This document shows, in pieces, positions 37,661-49,107 of a stretch of DNA of 64,000 nucleotides (positions within the stretch are counted from its first letter, which is position 1; each line of letters begins with the position of its first letter). Position numbers and translations under genes: made by a program. The notes beneath the pieces were generated by a model. That model worked only from the letters and a program-made list of their open reading frames with translations, did not search any database and was not told the origin of the DNA. The DNA is taken from positions 1-64,000 of the forward strand of contig CAWDWO010000022.1 in NCBI GenBank assembly GCA_963806035.1, read 5' to 3'. The stretch comes from Candidatus Krumholzibacteriota bacterium. Lineage in GTDB: Bacteria; Krumholzibacteriota; Krumholzibacteriia; JAJRXK01.

Positions 37661-38597
37661 CGGAAGCCCTGAGCTCGACGATACGTTTCCTCGCTTCATC
37701 TCTACCGTTTCCACCCGCGTTTTGAGGAAGGTCCAGGCAACGTCGATAACTCTTGAGCGCCTCCTCCGGTTGTCCCAAGGCCTCGTAACACAGGCCCTCC
37801 TGATAATATGCTTCGGCCTGCTGGTCGACTTCGCATTCCATCTGGTGAACCTCGTCCAGAAGTTTGAGGGCCGCCGAGGGAATCCCTCGCTCTCTCTGGT
37901 CCTTGGCCTGTGCGAGCAGGATGATACCGCTGCGATAGCAAACCCGATCACGCCACACGCTCTCGGGTTCATCGCGCCAATCCGCCCAATAGCGCCGGTA
38001 CTCCGCCAGACCCGCCTCCGGCAGTCCGCATTCCTCGTAGCTGCGACCTAAGAGATATCTCCAGCGTTGCTGATGGATCGTACTCTCGCCGCGGCGGGAC
38101 AGCAGGTCCTGCAACACGGGAATGGCTTCCTTGTACTTCTTGCCATCGAAAAGGAGTTTGGCGACATCCAGTTCGAGCTCACCCATCTGTGGCTTGTGGT
38201 CCCATAGATACGCTTGCTCCAGGCGGTGCGCCCCGCGCCCCTTCCAGTCGTTCTTCAGATCGCGTGCGGCGGCTTCTCGGTATTGATCGGCCGCTTTGAA
38301 TGCAAGACTCGAATCCGCTGCCACGGCATTTTCGAAGGCCCGCAGCGCCGGCATGTCCTGATCCTGCTGGAGGAGCGCGACTCCCTTCCAGTAATCCAAA
38401 CTCGGGTCGTGCTCACCCTTCTTCCGGTACAACTCGATTCTGGCCTCGATCTCTTTGTATTCGTTTTGCTGCGCCAGCGCGCGGAACTCCTCATCGTGAT
38501 TCTGCCCCGAGTTCTTCCCGCAGGCGAAGATCGAGAGAGCAGCCAACAGCGAGAGTGCCCAAACGGAGAGAGTAAACTTGCGGCTGTGCATCATCAT
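37650..38597 (-). CDS. Tetratricopeptide-repeat lipoprotein, function unknown
   Basis: Lipobox-like IFAC; TPR-like helices (YWKGVALL, YLLGRSYEECG, AYYQEGLCYEALGQPEEALKSY); overlaps bamD. Confidence 0.75.
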   Translation of the reverse strand: MMMHSRKFTLSVWALSLLAALSIFACGKNSGQNHDEEFRALAQQNEYKEIEARIELYRKKGEHDPSLDYWKGVALLQQDQDMPALRAFENAVAADSSLAFKAADQYREAAARDLKNDWKGRGAHRLEQAYLWDHKPQMGELELDVAKLLFDGKKYKEAIPVLQDLLSRRGESTIHQQRWRYLLGRSYEECGLPEAGLAEYRRYWADWRDEPESVWRDRVCYRSGIILLAQAKDQRERGIPSAALKLLDEVHQMECEVDQQAEAYYQEGLCYEALGQPEEALKSYRRCLDLPQNAGGNGRDEARKRIVELRASGVH

Positions 38598-39247
38598 TGC
38601 GCTCCCGAGATGTACAGCGCCACGACGCCTCCCACGAGTCCCGCAATCGTGAGTTTCTCCAAGAGGCCCGCGTGGGTGCTGCTCGTGATATCCTGATTCG
38701 GACTGCTCACCCAGGTCGGTTGTCCGGCCTTCGCCGTCTGCAGTTGGCTGAGCGTCAAGCGGTCCGATAGCTGCGTGGAGGGTTGACCCTGCCAAAAGAG
38801 ACGTCCATCGCCAAAGGACTCGAGACGGCCCTCGATCCCGAGATCCAAGACTCTTCCGATGGTGGGCGTGCCAAGGCCGAGAAATCCGTGACGTTCCGAG
38901 GGGTATTTGAGCGACGCTTGCAACAACTTGTATTCCAGTACCAGGGTACCGGGCTGAGCGTCCTGGCCCTGTTTGAGAATCCACACATCGAATCCACGGT
39001 CCAGAAGCGCCGGAGCCAGAACATCCTGAAAGCTCTGATTGAAGCCGGATACCTGGCTGGCCCGCAGCGCTATCTTTGGAGTGTCGTCGGTCTTCTCCAC
39101 CACGATCTTCTCCACCTGCTTGCTCAGATCCGCCGTCGCCTTCTCCACGAGTTCACGATTGCTCAGCGGCACCGCCGCTCGGCTCGCGGAGCAGTAGAAT
39201 CCCAGCACCATCAACAGCGACAGGAGAAACGGAATCGTCAATCTCAT
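38594..39247 (-). CDS. Hypothetical exported protein with C-terminal hydrophobic helix
   Basis: N-terminal signal peptide (ASRA/A) and C-terminal TM-like LTIAGLVGGVVALYI; ATGA overlaps with rimO and the TPR gene. Confidence 0.7.
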   Translation of the reverse strand: MRLTIPFLLSLLMVLGFYCSASRAAVPLSNRELVEKATADLSKQVEKIVVEKTDDTPKIALRASQVSGFNQSFQDVLAPALLDRGFDVWILKQGQDAQPGTLVLEYKLLQASLKYPSERHGFLGLGTPTIGRVLDLGIEGRLESFGDGRLFWQGQPSTQLSDRLTLSQLQTAKAGQPTWVSSPNQDITSSTHAGLLEKLTIAGLVGGVVALYISGAQ

Positions 39248-40641
39248 GCCAATCTCCCAGCTTGATCCCCTGCGTGTGCCCACAGGTCGTAGGGTCCACA
39301 GAATTTCGGAACGACATCCAGCATCTGCCCCGGGCTGAGTCCCTCTCCCGCCAGCCAAATCCCCCCATCGATACCCTCGCAAAATCCTTCGCTTCGGGCA
39401 AATGCCACCGGCTGGTCCTCTTCGAGTTCCTCCGCGATATCCAGCGGTAGAGTGCTCAAATCGGCATCCGCGGCGTTCTCGTAGACTTCGTCCACCACGA
39501 CCGAGAGCTTTTTACCCAAGAGCCTGCCCTTGCGTTCCAGCGCGAGATCCCAAGCGAGATCTTCCACCCGCGCGCGGCGATCCTCTTTTTCCGCGGGATC
39601 GATCGTGTCCGCGAGAGCGTAGGCGGAGGTCTGCTCCTCGTGGCTGTAGGCGAAAGTGACCAGATGGTCGAAGCTCACCTCGGCCAAGAAATCGAGCAAG
39701 GCCACGACGTCATCTTCTTCCTCCCCCGGAAAACCCAACAGAGCCGTGGTGCGGAGCATGATCTCGGGGCGCAGCTCGCGAAGACGCTCGATCTGGCGCC
39801 GCAAGCGCTCGGGGTCGTAGCCGCGGCCCATGGCCTTCAAGATCCGCGGAGAGGCGTGCTGGATGGGAATGTCGAGATAGGACACCACCTTCTCGACTTG
39901 GTAGACCTCGTTCATGAGCTCGTCGCTGAACATCGGTGGATACGCGTACATGATGCGAATCCAGCGCAAATCCTCGATCGCGTCGAGCGCCCGGCACAGC
40001 TCCCCCAGCCGCGGCTTGTTCGGCAGGTCCACCCCGTAGGCGGAGCTGTTCTGCGCGATCAGAATGAGTTCTCGGACTCCACCCGCGACCAGGGCCCGCG
40101 CCTCTTGCACGATCTGCTCCACCGGGCGACTGCGCTGCTTGCCTCTCAGTGCGGGGATCTTGCAGAAGGAACAGCTCTGGTTGCAACCCTCGGCGATCTT
40201 GATGTGGGCGACGTGACGCAATCTACCCGGGCTGCGCACTCCGTAGCCCGCATAGGGCGCTTCCTCCGGAGCGGCCAGCGGGAAATCGACCGTCTTCTGG
40301 CGGAAGAGTTGTTCCAACTTGTCGTATTGGCCGACTCCGAGAACATGATCGACTTGCGGCACCAGCTCCAGAATCGGATGAGTCTGTCCCTGGACGAAAC
40401 ATCCCATCACCACGAACTTCGCGTCGCCCTTCAGCAGAGCGAGCTCGCGAATTCGCTCCATCGATTCACTGCGCGCGGCCGCGAGGAAACCGCAGGTGTT
40501 GAGCACCACGAGCTCGGCATCCTCGGGGCTTTCGACCGGTCGAAAGCCCCGCTGCTGCAGAAGGCCCATCGCGGCCTGCGAATCGACGAGGTTCTTTTCG
40601 CAGCCCAAAGTCTCCAGATATACGCGCGGCGATGAGCTCAT
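39244..40641 (-). CDS. rimO: Ribosomal protein S12 methylthiotransferase RimO
   Basis: LGCEKNLVDS, NTCGF, KIAEGCNQSCSFCKIP (radical SAM), RIMYAYP, YLDIPIQHAS, GFPGE, TRAM-like C-terminus. Confidence 0.93.
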   Translation of the reverse strand: MSSSPRVYLETLGCEKNLVDSQAAMGLLQQRGFRPVESPEDAELVVLNTCGFLAAARSESMERIRELALLKGDAKFVVMGCFVQGQTHPILELVPQVDHVLGVGQYDKLEQLFRQKTVDFPLAAPEEAPYAGYGVRSPGRLRHVAHIKIAEGCNQSCSFCKIPALRGKQRSRPVEQIVQEARALVAGGVRELILIAQNSSAYGVDLPNKPRLGELCRALDAIEDLRWIRIMYAYPPMFSDELMNEVYQVEKVVSYLDIPIQHASPRILKAMGRGYDPERLRRQIERLRELRPEIMLRTTALLGFPGEEEDDVVALLDFLAEVSFDHLVTFAYSHEEQTSAYALADTIDPAEKEDRRARVEDLAWDLALERKGRLLGKKLSVVVDEVYENAADADLSTLPLDIAEELEEDQPVAFARSEGFCEGIDGGIWLAGEGLSPGQMLDVVPKFCGPYDLWAHAGDQAGRLA

Positions 40642-43040
40642 CCCTCGGCCTCGAATTCCTCGGGACTCACGAGCACTTCGCGGGCCTTCGAACCCTCGAA
40701 CGGACCCACGACGCCCAATTCCTCCAGCATGTCCATGAGACGAGCGGCGCGCGTGTATCCCACGCGCAACTTCCTCTGCAGCATGCTGGTCGAGCCGCTC
40801 TGCGCGAGCACCACGATACGACGGGCATCCTCCAGCAGATCATCCTCTCCCAGATCAAGCGCGCTCCTCACCGAGTCGGCATCCATGAGATCCAGCTGAG
40901 CGACTTCCTCGGCCAGCGGGATCCAGTGCTGGGCGATCCTCTCACACTCGTCCGTGCTCAAGAACGCTCCGTGCACGCGCTTGGGTTGCGACATTCCCCC
41001 CATGATGAAGAGGCTGTCGCCCTTTCCCAGAAGCGCCTCCGCTCCCATCACGTCGAGGATGGTCCGGCTGTCAACTTTCGAGATGACCCTGAATCCGATG
41101 CGTGAAGGAAAATTCGCTTTGATGACCCCGGTGATCACGTTGACTGAAGGGCGTTGCGTGGCCAGAACCAAGTGGATTCCCACCGCGCGCGCCATCTGAG
41201 CCAGTCGGGCGACTGGAGTTTCCAACTCCGAGCCCAAGAGCATCATGAGATCGGCGAGCTCGTCGACGATGATCACGATGTAGTTCATCGCATCCTCGAC
41301 CTTCGCCCCCTCGGCATCCTTGATCTTTCCCGCCCGCACCTTGGTATTGTACTCGTGGATGTTGCGCACGCCGTGCTTGGCCAGGCTGTTGTAGCGCACG
41401 GTCATCTCCACCACCATCAGCTTCAGGGCCTTCAACGCTTCCTTCGGATCGGTGATGACCGGATGCAAGAGATGCGGGATCCCGTTGTAAGTGGACAGTT
41501 CCAGCATCTTGGGATCGATCAAGAGGAGACGTACCCGGTCGGGACCATTGCGCAGGAGAAGGCTGCAGATCAGGGAATTGAGACAGACGCTCTTTCCGCT
41601 TCCCGTCGCTCCCGCCACCAAGAGATGGGGCATGTCGGCCAGATCCGCGGTCACCGGGTTGCCTTCGGTGTCCTTGCCCAAGCCCACGGTCAGCGCGGGA
41701 AGCGTATCGTCGCGCTCCAAACTGCCCAGCACCTCTTTCAAGGTCACCGTCTGCGGGAAGGGATTCGGCACTTCGATTCCCACCGCCGCCTTCCCCGGAA
41801 TCGGGGCCTCGATACGAATGCGGATGGCGCGCATGGCGAGGGCGATGTCATCGGAGCGGCTGGTGATCTGGCTGACCCTCACGCCACGGTCGGGCTCGAA
41901 TTCGAAGGTGGTCACCACCGGTCCGGGCCGGATCTCGTTGATCTTTCCTTCGATCCCGAAACTGGCGAGGGTGTCCATGAGGAGCTGCGCATTCATTTGC
42001 AGCGCTTCCCGGGAGAACCCGCGGCTCTCCTTGGGTACGTCGTCCAGAGTCTCCAATGGCGGAAGCGGATACGCGCCCCGGCGGCGGCGGCGGCGTTTGG
42101 TGCGCTCCTCTTTGGTCAGCTCACTGGGATCCCGGCTCAGCGAGAAATCGGAAGACTCTTCATCGGCGGAAAGCCGCGCGTCTTGCGACTCCATTCCATC
42201 CGCCGCGTCCTGCAGTCCCAGCTCGTCGAGTAGATCCGCGTCTTCCTCCCGCTCGTAGCCGTACTCCTCGCGTTCTGGCTCCTCGGCGGAACCCAGCGCG
42301 GGCGCGTCCTCGCTCTGTCGTGGGTGAAAGGAGATGATTTCGGGTTGGCTGCGCCGACCCTGTGCGGCGCGTCTCTCCCGCGCCTCGCTTCGCCTGAGCT
42401 GCCAGCGCTCACCCAGCGCGACGGCGGCATCCCTCCCCGCGCGCCAGAGGTTGGCCAGGCCGAGTCCCGCCTTGGAGAACAGGCGTCCCAGAGCCTCCAG
42501 CAGTTCCTGCGCTCGATCCAGGAAGGGCAGCTCCACGCGCAGGGGCGGCAGGATCCGAATCAGAAGAAAGGCCAGGATGCCGGCCGGGATGAGGAAAGCC
42601 CCCAGGGAGCCCAATACGGACTCCACCGCCTGATGCAGAAATGCCCCCAGGCTTCCCCCGGCGCGCGCCGGAACCTGGGCCCGTTGCAGGATGGGATGGC
42701 CCAGGAGCATCAGCGCCAGCACCGTGACCAGAGCGCCGAAGGCAAGTCGACGACCGGCCAGGCGCCTCTCTTTGACTCTGGAACGCTGAAAGGGCAGCCA
42801 GGCCCAGGGGACCAGGACCAAAAGCCAGCGGAACCAGGGGCCCAGCGCCCACGCGGCCACCGCGGCCAGAAGCTCTCCCACGGGGCCCACCACGCCGGCC
42901 TCGGGGCCCAAGGCCAGGTGCAGCGCGCCCTTGAAACTGGCGGGCACACCGGGGCGCGCCACGAAGCACGATACCGCGAGAAACAGGCTCAGCAGGCCCG
43001 AGAGGAGGACCTTGGCCAAAGTTAGATTGCTCTTCTTCAC
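40638..43040 (-). CDS. ftsK: DNA translocase FtsK/SpoIIIE
   Basis: N-terminal TM helices; GPVVT, MPHLLVAGATGSGKS, DELADLM, ATQRPS, gamma domain LQRKLRVGYTRAARL. Confidence 0.96.
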   Translation of the reverse strand: MKKSNLTLAKVLLSGLLSLFLAVSCFVARPGVPASFKGALHLALGPEAGVVGPVGELLAAVAAWALGPWFRWLLVLVPWAWLPFQRSRVKERRLAGRRLAFGALVTVLALMLLGHPILQRAQVPARAGGSLGAFLHQAVESVLGSLGAFLIPAGILAFLLIRILPPLRVELPFLDRAQELLEALGRLFSKAGLGLANLWRAGRDAAVALGERWQLRRSEARERRAAQGRRSQPEIISFHPRQSEDAPALGSAEEPEREEYGYEREEDADLLDELGLQDAADGMESQDARLSADEESSDFSLSRDPSELTKEERTKRRRRRRGAYPLPPLETLDDVPKESRGFSREALQMNAQLLMDTLASFGIEGKINEIRPGPVVTTFEFEPDRGVRVSQITSRSDDIALAMRAIRIRIEAPIPGKAAVGIEVPNPFPQTVTLKEVLGSLERDDTLPALTVGLGKDTEGNPVTADLADMPHLLVAGATGSGKSVCLNSLICSLLLRNGPDRVRLLLIDPKMLELSTYNGIPHLLHPVITDPKEALKALKLMVVEMTVRYNSLAKHGVRNIHEYNTKVRAGKIKDAEGAKVEDAMNYIVIIVDELADLMMLLGSELETPVARLAQMARAVGIHLVLATQRPSVNVITGVIKANFPSRIGFRVISKVDSRTILDVMGAEALLGKGDSLFIMGGMSQPKRVHGAFLSTDECERIAQHWIPLAEEVAQLDLMDADSVRSALDLGEDDLLEDARRIVVLAQSGSTSMLQRKLRVGYTRAARLMDMLEELGVVGPFEGSKAREVLVSPEEFEAEG

Positions 43041-43058
43041 TCGAATTGCCGGTAGACG

Positions 43059-43709
43059 TCAGCCTAGAGTTTGCAGGACCTCGCGCAGGCGCCCCACCGC
43101 GTCGCGGCGCGAGGGCCCTTCCAGCAGAGCCGATGCGACGGCGACCCCCGCCATCTCACAGCCCCTGAGTTGTCCGAGGTTCGTGGCCTCGATTCCGCCG
43201 ATCGCGAATATCGGCAGTGTAGTGGCCGCCACTGCCTCGGTCAACGCTTGCGGCCCGCGAATCCGGCTGTCCGGCCGCGTATTCGTGGCGAACATCGCTC
43301 CAAAGCCCAGGTAGTCGGCCACCCCCTCCGCCTGGCGGATCTCGTCGAGATCGTGGGTGGAGCAACCGAGAAGCAGCTCCGCCCCCAGAAGCTCCCTTGC
43401 CGCCGCGTAAGGCAGATCGGAGGTGCCCAGATGAACTCCGTCCGCCCCGGCCGCCAACGCCACGTCCAGACGGTCGTTCACGATGAAGGGAACTCCATGG
43501 TCGCGGCAGTACGGCACGAGTTGGCGGGCGGCCTTGAGGAACTCGCCGGCGGGGAGGGTCTTCGCGCGTAGCTGAAGCAGCTCGACCCCGGCCTCCAGCA
43601 ATTCAGCTCCCGTCGCGACCAAGTCGGAGAAGGAGCAGAGACCGGCGTCCAGAATGGCATAGAGCAAGCGCGGCGGCCGATGAAGCCGCTCCGTGAAGGG
43701 ATGCGCCAC
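43059..43709 (-). CDS. thiE: Thiamine-phosphate synthase ThiE
   Basis: LQLRAK, IVNDRLDVA, GVHLG, STH, DYLGFG, FAIGGI, GVAVASAL. Confidence 0.9.
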   Translation of the reverse strand: MAHPFTERLHRPPRLLYAILDAGLCSFSDLVATGAELLEAGVELLQLRAKTLPAGEFLKAARQLVPYCRDHGVPFIVNDRLDVALAAGADGVHLGTSDLPYAAARELLGAELLLGCSTHDLDEIRQAEGVADYLGFGAMFATNTRPDSRIRGPQALTEAVAATTLPIFAIGGIEATNLGQLRGCEMAGVAVASALLEGPSRRDAVGRLREVLQTLG

Positions 43710-43713
43710 CGAA

Positions 43714-45087
<1,374 letters not shown>

Positions 45088-45154
45088 AGATGCACTCCCC
45101 GGTGCTCGGCCCGGTACCTCACGAGGGAACCATGTCCAATTGGAATTGACCCTG

Positions 45155-45183
45155 AGAATGGACGAACTCAGAGGATACGGCAA
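45155..45183 (-). promoter_or_regulatory. Possible sigma70 promoter for accC (TTGCCG-N17-CATTCT)
   Basis: Partial consensus with a 17-nt spacer in the pilT-accC gap, directly after a GC hairpin (about 45183-45210). Confidence 0.35.
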
Positions 45184-45238
45184 GTCCCGGAGGAATCCAC
45201 CCCCGGGACTGGCGAAAGAATGGGCTTTCGAGCCAACT

Positions 45239-46411
45239 CTACAGTTTCACGAAATCCTCGGTGCCACCGGTGACATTGGGGCTGCTGACCTCTGAACCGG
45301 TCTTCTCGAAGCGATCCCACCTGGCATCGCTTCCGCTTTGGATCCCCTTCACGCGCAGGCTGAACTCGTGTGGATTGCTCGAAGCCCTCATGGCCTCGTC
45401 CAGGGTGATGATCCCCTGCTTGAAGAGCGCCATCAGAGACTGATCGAAGGTCTGCATCTGATACGCGACGTAGCCTTCGGCAATTGCGTCCGAGATCATG
45501 TGGGTCTTCTCGGGGTCGCTGATGTACTCGGAGATGGTCGTCGTGGTGACCATGACCTCGACGGCCGGCACTCGCCCGTTGTTGTCGGCGCGGCGGATCA
45601 GGCGCTGGCTGATGATCCCGCGGAGCGTGTTCGCCAGGAGCAAACGGATTTCCTGATGCTGATGCGGAGGGAAGAAACTGATGATCCTCTGGATCGTCTG
45701 CTCCGCGTCGATGGTGTGCAGAGTGGAGAAGACCAAGTGCCCGGTGTCCGCGGCAGTCAATGCCGTCTTCATGGTCTCGGCATCGCGAATCTCGCCGATG
45801 AGAATCACGTTGGGATCCTGACGCAATACGTGACGTAGCGCTTCCATGAAGGTGGCCGTATCCGTGCCCACCTCGCGCTGATTCACGATGCTCCTCTTGT
45901 CCTTGTGCAAGAACTCGATCGGATCCTCGATGGTGATGATGTTGTTCGGAAGCGATTCGTTGATGACGTCGAGCATGCCGGCCAGCGTGGTGGACTTGCC
46001 GGACCCCACGGTCCCGGTGACCAGAATCAGGCCTCGAGGCAGAAGCGACAGTTCACGCACCACCGGCGGCAGACCCAGCTCATCCAGTGGCTTGATGTCC
46101 ACGGGAACGTGACGGAAGACCATCGCGGTGCTTCCCCGCTGCACGTAGAAATTGGCGCGAAAGCGCGCCAGGCCCGGCACGCCGAAGGCAAAGTCCACCT
46201 CGCGCGTCGATTCGTAGACCTCGCGCTGGATGGGCGTCAGAATGCTCTCGGCAACTTGCTGCATATCCTTGGGCGTGGGAGGCTCGAATTCGCTCAGGGA
46301 TTCCAGTTGGCCGTTCACGCGGACGTTCGGTGATACGCCGACCTTCAGGTGCAAGTCGCTCGCTCCCAATTGAATCATGCGTTGCAGAACGGCTTTGATG
46401 TTCAAGGCCAT
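45239..46411 (-). CDS. pilT: Type IV pilus retraction ATPase, PilT/PilU family
   Basis: [67 protein letters not shown]. Confidence 0.9.
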   Translation of the reverse strand: MALNIKAVLQRMIQLGASDLHLKVGVSPNVRVNGQLESLSEFEPPTPKDMQQVAESILTPIQREVYESTREVDFAFGVPGLARFRANFYVQRGSTAMVFRHVPVDIKPLDELGLPPVVRELSLLPRGLILVTGTVGSGKSTTLAGMLDVINESLPNNIITIEDPIEFLHKDKRSIVNQREVGTDTATFMEALRHVLRQDPNVILIGEIRDAETMKTALTAADTGHLVFSTLHTIDAEQTIQRIISFFPPHQHQEIRLLLANTLRGIISQRLIRRADNNGRVPAVEVMVTTTTISEYISDPEKTHMISDAIAEGYVAYQMQTFDQSLMALFKQGIITLDEAMRASSNPHEFSLRVKGIQSGSDARWDRFEKTGSEVSSPNVTGGTEDFVKL

Positions 46412-46510
46412 GGTCTCAGCTCCACTCCCGCAAGGGGTTCATGCTTCCCTATCGCTCCTCGGGATTTCCTCGGGCGGAGGGTGCGGTGGGTCCGCTCGGT
46501 CCCGTTCCCG

Positions 46511-46545
46511 CCAACAGCAAACGGCGGTCCAAATGACCGCCGTTT
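46511..46545 (-). terminator. Hairpin / probable terminator after accB
   Basis: Perfect 11-bp inverted repeat AAACGGCGGTC-N5-GACCGCCGTTT (46519-46545), followed on the minus strand by GCTGTT (weak U tract). Confidence 0.5.
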
Positions 46546-46575
46546 CACCGTCCGAGCTCTCGATTTGCCGGGATT

Positions 46576-47055
46576 TCAGGAGCTGGGCTCCAGCAGGAAG
46601 AGGGGCTGTCCGAATTCCACCGGCTGCGCGTTCTCCACCAGAATCTCGCGCACGATACCGGAGAATTCCGCCTCGATTTCGTTCATCAGCTTCATCGCTT
46701 CCACGATGCAGAGAACGTCATCCTTCTCGACCCGCTCCCCCACCCTCACGTAGGGATCACTGTCGGGGCTGGGAGAACGGTAGAAGGTTCCGACCATGGG
46801 GCTTGCAACCTCCCGCAGGCCCTCGCGGCGCGCTTCCGCCGCTTCATTCTGCGCAGCGGCTGCGGACGCCGTTGCGGCCACGGGAGTGGGGTTGCCTGCC
46901 ACGGAGGCATGGCCCTGAGTCGTGATGACCCTGGTCTGTGCCGCCTGGCCGCCCTTGCAGATGCGAATCGTCTCGCCGCGGTTGGAGAGCTCGAGTTCGT
47001 CGATGCCACTTTCCTCCACGAGCTCTACCAATGCCTTGATTCTCTCCAGATCCAT
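46576..47055 (-). CDS. accB: Biotin carboxyl carrier protein AccB
   Basis: [23 protein letters not shown], biotinylation motif [17 protein letters not shown]. Confidence 0.97.
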   Translation of the reverse strand: MDLERIKALVELVEESGIDELELSNRGETIRICKGGQAAQTRVITTQGHASVAGNPTPVAATASAAAAQNEAAEARREGLREVASPMVGTFYRSPSPDSDPYVRVGERVEKDDVLCIVEAMKLMNEIEAEFSGIVREILVENAQPVEFGQPLFLLEPSS

Positions 47056-47080
47056 TGGGTCTCCTTCAGGCTGTCTCCGC

Positions 47081-47638
47081 TCAAACTCGGGAGAGGTACT
47101 TGCCAGTTCTGGTGTCGATGCGAATGGTCTCTCCCTCGTCGATGAACAGAGGAACCGAAACGACCAGACCCGTCTCCAAGGTCGCGGGTTTGCTACCACC
47201 CTGAGCGGTGTCTCCGCGCACCCCGGGATCGGTCTTCACGATCTTGAGTTCGACGAAATTCGCCACCTCGATGCTCACGGGAACGCTTCCTCTCATCAGG
47301 AGCTTCACCGTATCGTTTTCCTTCAGATAGGGCAGCGCGTCGCTGAGTACTTCCTCCGGCAATTGTATCTGTTCGTAGCTCGAGGTGTTCATGAAGTGAT
47401 GGTGGACGCCGTCGTGGTAGAGATACTGAAACTCCTGAGCTTCCAGGCGAACCTCCGTGACCTTTTCACCGGAGCGAAAGGTCTTGTCCACCACTTTCCC
47501 GTTCTCGACGTTCTTCAGCTTGGTGCGGACGAAGGCCGGTCCCTTTCCCGGCTTGACGTGTTGGAATTCCACGATCGTCCACATGCCCGTATCCAGCTCG
47601 AGCACCATGCCATTCCTGAAATTACTGGTATCCGCCAT
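47081..47638 (-). CDS. efp: Elongation factor P
   Basis: [46 protein letters not shown]. Confidence 0.97.
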   Translation of the reverse strand: MADTSNFRNGMVLELDTGMWTIVEFQHVKPGKGPAFVRTKLKNVENGKVVDKTFRSGEKVTEVRLEAQEFQYLYHDGVHHHFMNTSSYEQIQLPEEVLSDALPYLKENDTVKLLMRGSVPVSIEVANFVELKIVKTDPGVRGDTAQGGSKPATLETGLVVSVPLFIDEGETIRIDTRTGKYLSRV

Positions 47639-47650
47639 GGATTTTCGTAC

Positions 47651-48130
47651 CTACTCGTTCTTGGGTTGCTTCGACTTCAGATGCGTCACCAGGGCCCTCA
47701 GCCCGAGCGTGTAACTGTCGGGCCCGAAACCCATGACCAGCCCCAGAGCGACGTCGCCCAAGAGAGTGGTGTGACGAAAGCTCTCGCGAGCCAGGATGTT
47801 ACTACAATGAACTTCCACAAAGGGCAAGTTCACCGCGAGCAAGGCGTCTCGCAGAGCCACGCTGGTATGTCCCAGACCGGCGGGATTGACCAGGAAACCG
47901 GCAGACTGGGTGCTCCGCTGAATGCAGTCGATGAGCTCGCCCTCGTGGTTGCTCTGCAGAGTGTCCAGCTCGACCGCGAGCTCCTTCGCCAGTTTCTGCA
48001 AGGCCTGATCGATCTCAGCCAGACCCACCCTACCGTAGATGGAGGGTTCGCGACTCCCGAGCAGGTTGAGGTTGGGCCCGTGCAAGACCTGAATGTGCAT
48101 GGTGCCCTCCCGCGGCTTCTTCGCGCTCAT
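47651..48130 (-). CDS. aroQ: Type II 3-dehydroquinate dehydratase
   Basis: HGPNLNLLGSREPSIYG, QSNHEGELID, NPAGLGHTSVALRDA, EVHCSNILARESFR. Confidence 0.95.
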   Translation of the reverse strand: MSAKKPREGTMHIQVLHGPNLNLLGSREPSIYGRVGLAEIDQALQKLAKELAVELDTLQSNHEGELIDCIQRSTQSAGFLVNPAGLGHTSVALRDALLAVNLPFVEVHCSNILARESFRHTTLLGDVALGLVMGFGPDSYTLGLRALVTHLKSKQPKNE

Positions 48131-49056
48131 GGTTCCCGCTCGTGTTTCTCGATCCAGCTGCGGAAGTGGCCCATGTCGTCGGCGTGTCCGGATTTTTTGC
48201 TCTCGTCCTCAGCCTCCAGATTTCGCAGCTCCTCGGAGGGAGGCTCGTCGCCCGTCTCCTGGAAACGCCTGCTGAGCTGGGTCATTTCTTCCTCGATGGC
48301 ACTCGCCTTCTCCGCCACTCCGGGAGCCTTGGGATGGCGTTCGAGTACCGCGCGATACATCTCCAGCGCCTTGGCCTTGAAACCCTGCTGGTAGTAGACG
48401 TCGGCGAGCGTCACCGTGGCGATGGTCTCGCCGGTGAAGATTCCCTCCGGATCGAAATCCTCCCCGGAGTTCTGGAAGGCGTCATCTTTGCTCATGGCGG
48501 TGAGCACGATGGGCTGAGTCTCCTCTTCCTGCGCAAGCTTCAACTCCTGCAGTTTTTTCGCGACGAGCGCTGGCTCCTCCTCCGCGGCTTCCCCAGCCGC
48601 ACTCTCCTCGGATTCGGGGGGGGCTTCGGCTTCAGCGTTCTCGGTGGATTCGGCGCTGGCCTCGCTCGGCTCATCCAGGGCGTCATGGCTGGGATCCAGA
48701 GCAGAAAGCTGTTCACGCAGCTTGCGCGCGCGCTTCTCGTCGCCGCGACGCCGCGCGTCTTCGGCCAATTCCCTCAGCGCGATGAGATTCTCCGGATCGA
48801 GCGAGAGAACGGTCTCGAACGCGGTGCGCGCTTCCTCCAGCTCTTCGCGGTCCAGATGGATCTTTCCCAAAACCACGAAGCCGGTGCTGTAACGGGGGTG
48901 ACGCATCAAGCCGTCCACGCACACTTTATAGGCTTCGTCCAGGCGCTGCAGTTTCCGGTAGCAGTCGGCGAGTGGCGCAAAGATGCGTCCGTTCGGCTGA
49001 TTTTCGAAACGTTCGAGAAGGCGATGTAGCTCGTCCTCGCGGGAAAGGTTGGGCAA
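48127..49056 (-). CDS. Cytoplasmic TPR protein with acidic linker
   Basis: N-terminal TPRs (FAPLADCYRK, GLMRHPRY, LDPENLIAL), Glu/Ala-rich linker, C-terminal TVTLADVYYQQGFKAKALEMY; no signal peptide. Confidence 0.8.
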   Translation of the reverse strand: MPNLSREDELHRLLERFENQPNGRIFAPLADCYRKLQRLDEAYKVCVDGLMRHPRYSTGFVVLGKIHLDREELEEARTAFETVLSLDPENLIALRELAEDARRRGDEKRARKLREQLSALDPSHDALDEPSEASAESTENAEAEAPPESEESAAGEAAEEEPALVAKKLQELKLAQEEETQPIVLTAMSKDDAFQNSGEDFDPEGIFTGETIATVTLADVYYQQGFKAKALEMYRAVLERHPKAPGVAEKASAIEEEMTQLSRRFQETGDEPPSEELRNLEAEDESKKSGHADDMGHFRSWIEKHEREP

Positions 49057-49107
49057 GACCTCGACTCCCTTTCGACCTCAGCTGCTCAGGGATGCACGAG
49101 CCCGGCC

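Noticed and set aside
45088..46575. pilT as a recently inserted mobile cassette
   Set aside because: No transposase, integrase, terminal repeats or target duplication was seen, and codon style resembles the neighbouring genes.
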